DNA from: Candidatus Desulfacyla euxinica
Lineage (GTDB): Bacteria > Desulfobacterota > DSM-4660 > Desulfatiglandales > Desulfatiglandaceae
NCBI GenBank assembly: GCA_014382715.1
Contig: JACNJD010000124.1
Span: forward strand, 1-61,389
Direction: 5' to 3'
Length of the DNA: 61,389 nucleotides
Shown here piece by piece: positions 25,834 through 33,974 of the stretch. The number at the start of each line of letters is the position of its first letter. The stretch's first letter is position 1. The notes below the pieces were generated by a model, which saw only the letters and a list, made by a program, of their open reading frames with translations, had not been told where the DNA came from and searched no databases. Position numbers and translations under genes: made by a program.

Positions 25834-26547
25834 TTACGGTCTCCCTTTCTGGTTCCTTCTCATCTTTCTGGCATTTTCTTTCCATCCCTTTCTCTTTTTC
25901 CCCTTTGCCTTTCTGTAGCGATCCGGGTCTCTTGAAGGATCTAAGGTAAACGTCCCCGGCGTGGGGGTCGGCAGGCTTTTCGCAGTCGTCTCTGTTGGTT
26001 TGTCCTTTTCTTTTTTGCGCTCTAACATCTCCTTAGGCACTGGAGGTCCGGCAATAAACCGGGACTGAATCTCGGGGCTCAGGAATAGATCCCCGAACGA
26101 ATAAAAGAAGATCCGCTTTTCTCTTGCCGCGTCGGCCAGGATCTCCAGCGCTACTGGGTTCTGATCGCGTCTTCGCCCGATCCTCAAGGCCATCTCTCTG
26201 ACCGGTGACAGGACTAAGAGCTTTTCCCCGGTCCCCTTCAGACCCCTTTCCATAACCACGGGATGGGCTTTTCGTCTTACGGCAGTAAACAGGATTTTTG
26301 GGACCTGGGCAGGGGTGTGTGGGTCCAGTTCCCACCTCCGTTCCACTGACCTGATACCTTCGTCCTCAGATTCAAAGAGCAATCTATCCTTCCCCAAGAG
26401 GACCTCATTGATATGGGATCGCCTTACATAACGCCATCCCTCCTCCTCATGAATAGCCTGCAGCAGCTCCTTAAAGGGAATAAAACCCTCAGAGTCAGGC
26501 ACCAGGCCGAACTCATCCGGTCTGTGGCCAAGCATATAGACGAGCAT
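25834..26547 (-). CDS. Tpt1/KptA-like protein with a divergent catalytic tetrad and a Lys/Arg-rich tail
   Basis: MLVYMLGHRPDEFGLVPDSEGFIPFKELL aligns to the KptA N-terminus. See the findings for the substituted residues. The last 60 aa or so are strongly basic. Confidence 0.55.
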   Translation of the reverse strand: MLVYMLGHRPDEFGLVPDSEGFIPFKELLQAIHEEEGWRYVRRSHINEVLLGKDRLLFESEDEGIRSVERRWELDPHTPAQVPKILFTAVRRKAHPVVMERGLKGTGEKLLVLSPVREMALRIGRRRDQNPVALEILADAAREKRIFFYSFGDLFLSPEIQSRFIAGPPVPKEMLERKKEKDKPTETTAKSLPTPTPGTFTLDPSRDPDRYRKAKGKKRKGWKENARKMRRNQKGRP

Positions 26548-26596
26548 CCGACTCAGGCTGTTTATTTTTATTTGATGATTTCGTTTGCCCAGAATT

Positions 26597-26630
26597 AACC
26601 TTGAACCTCTGAACCCGGAACCTGTGAACG
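26597..26630 (+). repeat. ctgaacc-word element, copy 2
   Basis: Sequence is aaccttgaacctctgaacccggaacctgtgaacg, about 90 percent identical by eye to 9939..9972. Confidence 0.8.
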
Positions 26631-26641
26631 CTTATCTTGTT

Positions 26642-27361
26642 TCAAAGTGCTGAGGCGATCTCCTCTGCTACCCTTTTTGCCGCTTCCTTAGGATCTTTAG
26701 CGTCACGGATGGGGCGGCCGATCACCACGTAGTCGGAGCCGTTTCTGACGGCGCCTGCGGGTGTTACGATCCTTTTCTGGTCGTCCTTGTCGACCACGGT
26801 CCAGGCCGGACGTATCCCGGGGGTTACTGCAACCATTTCAGGGCCGATCTCCCTTTTTACCGCGGCCACTTCAAGACCCGAGCATACCACACCCTGACAC
26901 CCTGCCTCTTTTGCCATGCGTGCCTTTAAGAGAACCAGTTCAGAAACATCATCCACATATTCCTGCGCGTATCCCAATCTCTTCAACTTTTCCTGGTTCA
27001 GGCTTGTCAAAACAGTGATTGCCAATATCTTCGTGCTGCCGGGGTTCTCCTCTGCAACACCTCTGAGGATTTCATCGCCCTCATCACAATGCACAGTCAC
27101 AAACTCCGGCCGATGAAGGCTCGCTGCCATAAAGGCACGCTGTACAGTGGCAGGGATATCGTGCAGCTTCAGGTCGAGAAATATCCCGGCTTCAGTCCTG
27201 TCGCGTATGGCATTGAGTATATCAGGTCCCTGGGCTATGAATAACTCAAGACCTACTTTGAAAAGTCCCACATGATCGTCGAGAGTCTCAACATAGGAGA
27301 GGGCCTGATCGTATGCAGGGAGATCTAAGGGAAAAATGATGTAGTCTTTTGGTTTTTTCAT
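26642..27361 (-). CDS. pyrF: Orotidine 5'-phosphate decarboxylase
   Basis: Contains IIFPLDLP..FKVGLELF..LDLKLHDIPATV. ATG 27361 (MKKPKDY), with AAGGG 6 nt upstream, is preferred over TTG 27382. Confidence 0.85.
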   Translation of the reverse strand: MKKPKDYIIFPLDLPAYDQALSYVETLDDHVGLFKVGLELFIAQGPDILNAIRDRTEAGIFLDLKLHDIPATVQRAFMAASLHRPEFVTVHCDEGDEILRGVAEENPGSTKILAITVLTSLNQEKLKRLGYAQEYVDDVSELVLLKARMAKEAGCQGVVCSGLEVAAVKREIGPEMVAVTPGIRPAWTVVDKDDQKRIVTPAGAVRNGSDYVVIGRPIRDAKDPKEAAKRVAEEIASAL

Positions 27362-27400
27362 GATATACCCTTTCAGATTCAAGTGTCAGTTACCACCTCA

Positions 27401-27442
27401 ACTTTAGTCACTTTAGTCACTTTAGCTCACTTTAGTCACTTA
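27401..27442 (-). repeat. gtgMctaaa-word array (reverse orientation)
   Basis: Forward sequence is actttagtcactttagtcactttagctcactttagtcactta. Confidence 0.8.
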
Positions 27443-27456
27443 ACCCGATAAATTAA

Positions 27457-27485
27457 TGGACATCCGTCGAAAAAGCAACTATATT
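27457..27485 (+). promoter_or_regulatory. Candidate sigma70-like promoter of tRNA-Thr copy 1
   Basis: TGGACA at 27457..27462, a 17-nt spacer, then TATATT at 27480..27485. The tRNA starts at 27505. Confidence 0.45.
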
Positions 27486-27504
27486 GCCCGCGATTCATCT
27501 TTGA

Positions 27505-27580
27505 GCCACCGTAGCTCAGTTGGTAGAGCACCTCACTCGTAATGAGGATGTCTGCGGTTCGACTCCGCACGGTGGCTCCA
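27505..27580 (+). tRNA. tRNA-Thr (anticodon CGU), copy 1, CCA encoded
   Basis: Folded by hand. Acceptor stem GCCACCG/CGGTGGC, D arm GCTC-AGTTGGTA-GAGC, anticodon arm CCTCA-CTCGTAA-TGAGG, T arm TGCGG-TTCGACT-CCGCA, discriminator T, then CCA. Confidence 0.9.
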
Positions 27581-27607
27581 GCAATATCAACAGGTTGCAT
27601 GTCTTTA

Positions 27608-27641
27608 TTGTCTGCGTATGTCTGTGTGTGTCTGCGGCTAA
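27608..27641 (+). repeat. 34-nt gtctg-word element, copy 2
   Basis: Sequence is ttgtctgcgtatgtctgtgtgtgtctgcggctaa. See 3012..3045. Confidence 0.7.
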
Positions 27642-27981
27642 AATATATATTTTCAATGGCAGCCATCAGTGACCAACTATTGATTCATTTTAAATGCCCC
27701 CAGCTCTTTTGGAGAAGAGTCTGCTTGTTTTCATTAGTTAGCAGATACCGTCGCCATTATAAGGCATTTCACAGGTGTGGGCAAAATCGGAAAAACAGCA
27801 AAGTCAATCCTGAAAGATGCTGATAGGGGTGTTTTGTTGATCTGAGAGTGCGTCTTCAAACCACACGTAAGCGGTAGTATTTCCGAATCGGGGCCGATCA
27901 ACACATTGTTGGCCCTGCACCCCTCTTTAAAGTAATGCTCTAATCAAGTTTTGATACCAATTACTGTTTGTTTTTGCATTT

Positions 27982-28023
27982 ATTGCGAAAAATATTGCAA
28001 TGATTGCAACGCCGTGGTATATA
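27982..28023 (+). promoter_or_regulatory. Candidate promoter with three ATTGCRA direct repeats
   Basis: TTGCAA at 27995..28000, a 17-nt spacer, then TATATA at 28018..28023. ATTGCGA occurs at 27982, and ATTGCAA at 27994 and 28003. Confidence 0.45.
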
Positions 28024-28065
28024 TTCTGCTCACTCTCAACCTAATTATGATTTACAGGGATCGAA

Positions 28066-28671
28066 ATGGCACAATCATTAACAGGTACGGAAATCCTCGA
28101 GCACTTGAAAATGCTCGCGGATTGGATCCGGGTCAAAAGTCCGGGTGAGCATTTTGAGTTGGTTGTGGTGGGAGGCGCGGCCATGGCGATCGAGGGTTTC
28201 AAAGACCAGACAAGAGATGTTGACGTCATTAGACCGCAGGTTTTGCCCGAGCCAATTATAAATGGCGTGACCCATATCGGCCGAATCAGACAGCTTAGTC
28301 CCGTTTGGCTCAATTCCGATGTCGCCAACATGCTTTTGAAAACGAAAAGTTCGAAGGGGTTGCCTTCATATTTCAATGAGATCTCTCGCAGCATTGAGGT
28401 GGGCAAGAATCTCAAAATCAGCCTGATCGGCAGACAGGCCCTGATATCCCTCAAATTGTATGCAGCCACGCCTTCTTACAGCAAGCACACCTCCGACATC
28501 AAGCGACTGCACGCCAATGCTGCGGAAATCACGAAGGCGGTCTCTTTTGTATTGGGCATCGACAGCACCGAAGTGAGAAAGGACGACTTGAATATCGTTT
28601 TGAAAGACCTGGGGTATGATTTCAATGACATCTGTAGCAAAATTGAAAGAGGAGACGGGCAGGATCGCTAA
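28066..28671 (+). CDS. Minimal nucleotidyltransferase-fold protein (AbiEii/DUF6036-like)
   Basis: ELVVVGGAAMAIEGFKDQTRDVDVI fits the hG[GS]-x(9-13)-DhDh pattern. It also has LISLKLYAA..TSDIKRL downstream. Confidence 0.55.
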   Translation: MAQSLTGTEILEHLKMLADWIRVKSPGEHFELVVVGGAAMAIEGFKDQTRDVDVIRPQVLPEPIINGVTHIGRIRQLSPVWLNSDVANMLLKTKSSKGLPSYFNEISRSIEVGKNLKISLIGRQALISLKLYAATPSYSKHTSDIKRLHANAAEITKAVSFVLGIDSTEVRKDDLNIVLKDLGYDFNDICSKIERGDGQDR

Positions 28672-28693
28672 GGTTGCGTGGGTGACGCTTGGT

Positions 28694-29419
28694 ATGCCAT
28701 TGAATTTCCAAATGATAAAGGAAAGGGTCGATGGCATCATCGACGTGGAGGCATTGATCATCGCCACCTTGCTGGTGATGGAAAGAGACCGTATCGCCAC
28801 CGACCTGCCTGCATGGATCAATCGATTTTCAAGCCTTATCAATTTTCAAAAGCTCAAAACCGTTTTCAGGAGACTGCCTGAGAAACACAGCGAATTGGTT
28901 GCCGCCAACCTGAACCAGGCCTATTTCACGAGCACGTCTAGGGCGTTCAGAAATGTTTTTGGCCTTAAGGCAAATGCTCTTGGAACTGCTGATGAAACCA
29001 TTTCACTGAGGACACGCAAAATCAACACGATCGAAAATGTGGCCCAGGCTTGTCTTATGATCAAGAACAGGCTCATTTACGGGACCGGATTTCGTGCCGA
29101 TTTGATAACTTTGACGCATATCGCGAACATCGGTATGAAAGGAACCGTGCTGGCAAGATTGATGAGTGCGGACAATTCAACTGTATCGCGTGTCTTGAAT
29201 GACTTAAAAGCCTCCCGGTTCTTGAATCAAGAAGGGGAGAGGGCAGGAGCTTTTGATCCGTATCCAGGAATGTTCATATCCGTAGCAACTGTATCGAATT
29301 TGTGCGAAATGATGGATGCCATGCAGTTTTCATTATATGACCTAAAAAAAGGGACTTTGGCAAACCTGAATCTCAGGCATGATGCCTTTGGCAGAAAAAT
29401 CTTGGAGAAGCTATTCTGA
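28694..29419 (+). CDS. Hypothetical protein with a C-terminal winged-helix-like segment
   Basis: Contains GTVLARLMSADNSTVSRVLNDLKASRFLNQEG. The start is either ATG 28694 or ATG 28616; the latter overlaps the upstream gene by 56 nt. Confidence 0.5.
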   Translation: MPLNFQMIKERVDGIIDVEALIIATLLVMERDRIATDLPAWINRFSSLINFQKLKTVFRRLPEKHSELVAANLNQAYFTSTSRAFRNVFGLKANALGTADETISLRTRKINTIENVAQACLMIKNRLIYGTGFRADLITLTHIANIGMKGTVLARLMSADNSTVSRVLNDLKASRFLNQEGERAGAFDPYPGMFISVATVSNLCEMMDAMQFSLYDLKKGTLANLNLRHDAFGRKILEKLF

Positions 29420-29518
29420 GTTATTTCTGTCTTTAAAACCCACATCCCTTAACCCTGCCTAATGCAGTTTGATAGCTACGTCCCCCTTTCCGTCCACAAT
29501 ACCTGCGGGGCTCATCAC

Positions 29519-29580
29519 GTTTAGGATTTAGGATTTTGGTCATTCGTATTTGTTTCGGATTTCGTGCTTCGTGCTTCGAA
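29519..29580 (+). repeat. tttaggat / ttcgtgc word array
   Basis: Sequence is gtttaggatttaggattttggtcattcgtatttgtttcggatttcgtgcttcgtgcttcgaa. It is related to 43714..43775 through shared ggtcat..cgtattt..ggatttt words. Confidence 0.65.
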
Positions 29581-29669
29581 TTTATAGGAAATCACATATG
29601 GAAATAATGCTCGTTACATCAGCACGTTATCAGTTTGAATGACGTGGCCCTGCCGCGATTCATCTTTGA

Positions 29670-29745
29670 GCCACCGTAGCTCAGTTGGTAGAGCACCTCA
29701 CTCGTAATGAGGATGTCTGCGGTTCGACTCCGCACGGTGGCTCCA
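29670..29745 (+). tRNA. tRNA-Thr (anticodon CGU), copy 2, identical to copy 1
   Basis: The 76 nt are identical to 27505..27580. The 17 nt upstream and 4 nt downstream are also identical. Confidence 0.9.
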
Positions 29746-29928
29746 GCAAAAAGCTAAACATTGAAATTATTTCAACTCGCATGTCCCCTATTGGACCTGT
29801 GTACATCTCGCCCCAACCCTGCCCAAATGGAAAAGCCTTGATTTCAGCAAAGAAACCATGTACTTTTCCCCAGTCACTGCCTTTAATTTGTAACATCTAT
29901 AAAGAGGGCTACCATGGACTGTAAACCA

Positions 29929-29964
29929 AACCCCATTTCTTAAATCAAGAGGTGGGGTTTTTTA
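29929..29964 (+). terminator. Intrinsic-terminator-like hairpin
   Basis: AACCCCA at 29929..29935 pairs with TGGGGTT at 29953..29959 around a 17-nt loop, followed by TTTTTTA. Confidence 0.45.
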
Positions 29965-30077
29965 TCTCAAGTGAGAGGTGGTGAGCCCTCAGGAACTTCT
30001 GATGGCCCAGAAAAATTTGAATTCATCAGAACTCACAAATTCGTATGAGGAGCCAAACAACTGAAGACAAGGAGGTT

Positions 30078-30614
30078 ATGATGTCATTGTTAACAGATCG
30101 TATGATTCGAGCAGCCAAGCTGGATTCAAATCTCTACGAGGAGATCGAAGCTGACAAGTCAGCCATGGGGCAGGCCATATGGGTGGTTGTTCTTTCGAGT
30201 GTCGCTGCAGGTGTTGGGAGCATCGGAACCATAGGGGTTTCCGGGCTCTTAATAGGGACAATAGCTGCTTTGATAGGGTGGTTTATTTGGGCATTCATCA
30301 CATACTTTGTTGGAACAAAAATCCTGCCTGAACCTCAGACAAACGCTGATTATGGTGAACTTTTGCGGACCATAGGTTTTTCAAGCTCACCCGGCGTTAT
30401 CCGTATTTTGGGTTTAATTCCATTTTTAGGCTGGATCGTCAATATCATTGCGGGAATATGGATGCTTGTTGCCATGGTCATTGCTGTAAGGCAGGCGCTT
30501 GATTACAAGAGCACGGGGCGTGCTGTGGCTGTGTGTTTGATCGGATGGGTTATTCAGCTCATAATTATCTCTGCCGTATTTTTTCTGTTCGGTGAGGGTG
30601 GACAGCCTTCATGA
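30078..30614 (+). CDS. Yip1-domain integral membrane protein
   Basis: After an N-terminal LDSNLYEEIEADKSAMGQA there are 4-5 predicted TM helices. AAGGAGG is upstream of the ATG at 30078 or 30081. Confidence 0.6.
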   Translation: MMSLLTDRMIRAAKLDSNLYEEIEADKSAMGQAIWVVVLSSVAAGVGSIGTIGVSGLLIGTIAALIGWFIWAFITYFVGTKILPEPQTNADYGELLRTIGFSSSPGVIRILGLIPFLGWIVNIIAGIWMLVAMVIAVRQALDYKSTGRAVAVCLIGWVIQLIIISAVFFLFGEGGQPS

Positions 30615-30842
30615 CAGGAAATAATTGCACCTCTTATCCTGTAACGTTTGTATGGCTACCGACTTCATCTCTTAGGGACCTGGTTAAGACATTATCTGTT
30701 TGGGGTCATATCCGACCATGACCATGTAAAGCAAGTAAACTCTCTGTACTGTCCATGCAAACAGCCTAATGTAAAAAGCGATTATTGATCTTCTCAAAAG
30801 AATACAAAGAATACCAAAGAATAACCTTTTGTAGAGGTAACC

Positions 30843-31493
30843 ATGAAGAAGTTAATATCCATTTCTCTTTAGATATTTGGGCTTCTGACCGTCCTGACAA
30901 TTGTTCTGGGCGGACTGGGACTCTACTTCGCTGAGAAATGGCTATTGGTAAATAAAGAACCGGTTAAATCCGACTTCATTGTTGTGCAAAATGGAGTACC
31001 TTATCGAGCAATTTATGGCGCAGATCTCTATAATAAGGGCTACGCACCGGCGGTCTATGTTGGAAAAGCAGAGGTTGATCCTCTTTTAACACTTTTGCAG
31101 GAGGAATATGGTATTTGTACCACGCTACAAGAAGAAGTTTACAAGAAAATTCTGGTCCAGAAAAATGTGCCTGAAAGTGTGATCCGGTTTTTTGGAAACG
31201 GGCACATTAGCACGGTAGAAGAAGCGGAAGCTTTAAAAAGAACTATCGGCGATAAGCCTGTTAAACTTTTAATTGTATCCTCTCCTTTAACCAGTAGGAG
31301 GGCCGCTATCATTTTTAGCGATGTCTTACCCCACGCCAAAATTTGCGTTGTCTCAAATCCATATGAGCAATTTACAGGAAAATGGTGGACTAATCGCAAA
31401 GTTGCGACCACAGTTGTACTTGAAACCATCAAATCTATTTTTTACAAACTTGGAGGAGCCTTCCGTTCCACTGACGCCCCTTCCTCGCAATAG
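30843..31493 (+). pseudogene. DUF218 (YdcF/SanA-like) gene interrupted by an in-frame TAG at codon 10
   Basis: ATG 30843 (AGAGG upstream) gives MKKLISISL, then TAG (30870..30872), then IFGLLTVLTIVLGGLGLYFAEKWLLVNKEPVKSDFIVV, all in one frame. The TM helix lies after the stop. The ORF-track start at 30945 is a TTG inside this frame. Confidence 0.6.
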
Positions 31494-31833
31494 TTTTCGT
31501 AAAGGTCAGAATATAATTCACAGCAGGAAAATCTCTTTAAACATGTAAAACTCTTTTTTCATTGACATATCTTATTGACCTGATTTAGAATTTGATATCC
31601 TTTGCCAATATTTGGTTTCGGGATATTCGGACCATAGGAGAACAGGTTCAACGGTATGTCAATTGCCCCCGGACAGGTACTATGGTTAGCTGAAAACCAA
31701 CCACAAAATGATGTCGCCATTAATTCTGTGTTCCAGACCCCATTTCTCACAACTGAAGGGTCGGATTCTTTGTCTCATTTGAAGAGAAACCGTTGATGGA
31801 TAATTCATTGACCACAAGAAAGGAGAGGAAATT

Positions 31834-32082
31834 ATGAAAGCAATAAGAATTCTGATCACAGGTCTAATTGCTATAAGTTTTGTTGCGGCCCCTGCCTTAG
31901 CTCAAGAAAACAGCACTTCAGACAAGGTCCTGCTATATCTGCCATCGAGTGTTTACAAACAGATACCTATTGAGGAAGCAAAAAGGATGAAAAACTATAG
32001 TTCTGCCGATCAATACCAAATATCAGTTACGCCAGATTATTCATCCAATAACCCCGGCACAGAAAAGCAAGAAAAAGATTAA
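31834..32082 (+). CDS. Small secreted protein
   Basis: AAAGGAGAGG lies upstream. Signal peptide is MKAIRILITGLIAISFVAAPALA-QE. Length is 82 aa. Confidence 0.6.
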   Translation: MKAIRILITGLIAISFVAAPALAQENSTSDKVLLYLPSSVYKQIPIEEAKRMKNYSSADQYQISVTPDYSSNNPGTEKQEKD

Positions 32083-32153
32083 CAGCCCGCAAATTGAACA
32101 TAAGACAGGTTAATGAGAATCACGATACACCCATGATTGTGGAGGATATCAAA

Positions 32154-33341
32154 ATGTCTAGGAAAATGGTCATTAATTCCCTCTTTGCCCTTGCATTAAT
32201 GCTTTTCTTTGTTTGCTCCCATGCAACTGCAGCATCCACCGTGGTTTTCTATACGGAAGCGAGTTGTTCGTCATTGACTCTCGTTTTTGGTGGCGTAACT
32301 CATTCCAGCAAGATAAGGTGTGCTTATGGTGCAGGTTTTAGTGGGGTTGCCGCCGGTACATACAGTTGGAAGGTCACCGGTTGTGGTATGTCCTGGTCAG
32401 GCACAAAAACCGTAAACGGTACATCAAGGTATAATTATGTTCTTTGTCCTCCCTCTGGAGGGAGCTGTTGCTCTACGGGATATGGCACAGGGGGTACATT
32501 CCTATGTTCCCAGTGCAGCAGCGCTACGACCACCACAACCACCGCTGCCACAACTACCACAACAACCACTGCCGCTACCACAACAACCACTTCCGCTACT
32601 ACGACAACCACCATCCCTTCGTCCACTTCGGCATTATTTGTGAGAAACTCATCCGGTACTGAGGTGTTTGGTGTAAGTGCCGCTGGTGCTATCACCACTG
32701 CTTCCAGACTTTTTACCAATGGTGCATCAGCAGTGGGCGCTGCGCCGTTTGTTCTTGGTCAGGATATTGGTAACAGAGGAATTGTCATCACAGACAAAGC
32801 AGCGACAAATCCCAAAAGAATCTATTTCGGATGGAATACCGGAGCCTCTATGGAATATGTGGAAATCTTTGCCCTCCAGGAAGGTGTGGCATACAAAAAC
32901 TTTGTTCTTGCACCGTTTGGCGGCAACGTCGGCATCAACACCAGTAGCCCTGCATATCCTTTACACATTGGAAACAGTGCACATGTCACTACAGGAGGGG
33001 TTTGGACAAACGCATCCAGTGGAGAATACAAAACAGACGTTAAACAGCTTTCAGCAGAGAAGGCCATGGATGCTTTAACACAGCTCAAACCGGTTGAGTT
33101 TGCCTATAAAGCTGATTCGCAGGAAAAACATGTAGGATTCATTGCGGAAGACGCCCCTGACATCGTGGCAACAAAGGACAGGAAGGGTATGAGTCCTATG
33201 GACGTTGTTGCTGTCCTGACCAAGGTTGTGCAGGAACAACAAAAATTCATCCGAGAACAGAAAGAAATCGTACAGAAACAACATAAAACCATAAGCGAGT
33301 TGTCAGAGAGAGTAGCAGAACTAAAAAATAAATTAAAGTAA
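32154..33341 (+). CDS. Secreted protein A: Cys-rich head, Thr/Ala tract, fibre stalk, C-terminal S74-type intramolecular chaperone domain
   Basis: GGAGGA is 7 nt upstream of ATG 32154. Signal peptide ends ..CSHATAAS. The Thr tract lies at 32523..32613. The C-terminus reads SSGEYKTDVKQL..LKPVEFAYK..HVGFIAEDAPDIV..MDVVAVLTKVVQEQQ, as in tail-fibre/endosialidase chaperone domains. Confidence 0.8.
   Translation: MSRKMVINSLFALALMLFFVCSHATAASTVVFYTEASCSSLTLVFGGVTHSSKIRCAYGAGFSGVAAGTYSWKVTGCGMSWSGTKTVNGTSRYNYVLCPPSGGSCCSTGYGTGGTFLCSQCSSATTTTTTAATTTTTTTAATTTTTSATTTTTIPSSTSALFVRNSSGTEVFGVSAAGAITTASRLFTNGASAVGAAPFVLGQDIGNRGIVITDKAATNPKRIYFGWNTGASMEYVEIFALQEGVAYKNFVLAPFGGNVGINTSSPAYPLHIGNSAHVTTGGVWTNASSGEYKTDVKQLSAEKAMDALTQLKPVEFAYKADSQEKHVGFIAEDAPDIVATKDRKGMSPMDVVAVLTKVVQEQQKFIREQKEIVQKQHKTISELSERVAELKNKLK
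32590..33229 (+). repeat. Long direct repeat, copy A (partner at 48838..49477, offset 16248)
   Basis: 32739..33193 looks 100 percent identical to 48987..49441 (455 bp). There is one mismatch at 33194. The 150 bp before the block are about 88 percent identical by eye. Confidence 0.85.
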
Positions 33342-33834
33342 AAACAAGAAAACTGGAGTCAAATTATCAATTCGTAATTATGTTTTTCTATACACTTATA
33401 GCTCTTCGCAGGCAACTTGATACTTAAGATTACCCTTATGATATGATGTTTTATTCATAAAACTCAATAGAGATCAAATAGCATCACCAGCTATGCCCGT
33501 AGGTTTATATTACTCCGAGCTTGCCTCATTAGTCGCCATCAATGCACCTATAACAGTATTTTGAGATAAATAGGGGGTTTGCGCTCTATTTATAACCCTT
33601 TGAAATTGTAAGTGATTCCGGGAAGGTCCGAACAATTTCACCTTACTTTGTCCTTTAGGTTTTTAATCTTGAAGAGAGTCATATTGATGCAAAGCGTGTT
33701 ATTGTTGGTTATAATGTGATTTGTATGGCTTGACTGGCAAATGGTACAGTGCAAATGCCTCTAAATAAATGGTATTTGCAACCTCTCATTACATGTGATA
33801 GTGATTTTCCCGTCTCTCATTGGTTCCTCCTGAT

Positions 33835-33852
33835 GCCCCTTTTGGGGCTTTT
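33835..33852 (+). terminator. Short GC hairpin plus T-run
   Basis: GCCCC-TTTT-GGGGC followed by TTTT. The stem is weak (5 bp). Confidence 0.3.
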
Positions 33853-33974
33853 CCGGAAGTGGAATCTAATCTATTTCTCGTCGGCACGGTAGAACCTCGT
33901 AGGGTCGCAGGGACATAGTCCGTGGTTTAATAAGGGCAATTATATTGAGAAATCTGCTGGTAAGATCTGCGAAC

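Larger units (their letters stand above)
27585..29652. mobile_element. 2.1-kb cassette bounded by identical 97-nt repeats (each containing a whole tRNA-Thr)
   Basis: The direct repeats 27488..27584 and 29653..29749 are identical by eye. There are two cargo genes and no recombinase. Confidence 0.4.

Noticed and set aside
29746-30044. Integrase or excisionase remnant expected next to the intact tRNA
   Set aside because: I read all six frames by eye. There is only a 71-aa reverse ORF with no integrase-like motifs (no R..HxxR..Y pattern). Nothing here can be supported.
30870-30872. Pyrrolysine or other recoding of the in-frame TAG
   Set aside because: TAG terminates several well-supported genes in this window, and no pyl genes are seen. 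A nonsense mutation or a sequencing error is more economical.
32435-32719. Antisense ORF rich in poly-Val (and its twin at 48761..48967)
   Set aside because: It is the mirror image of the Thr-tract coding sequence (ACC/ACA read in reverse as GGT/TGT..GTG). It is an artefact of low-complexity DNA.
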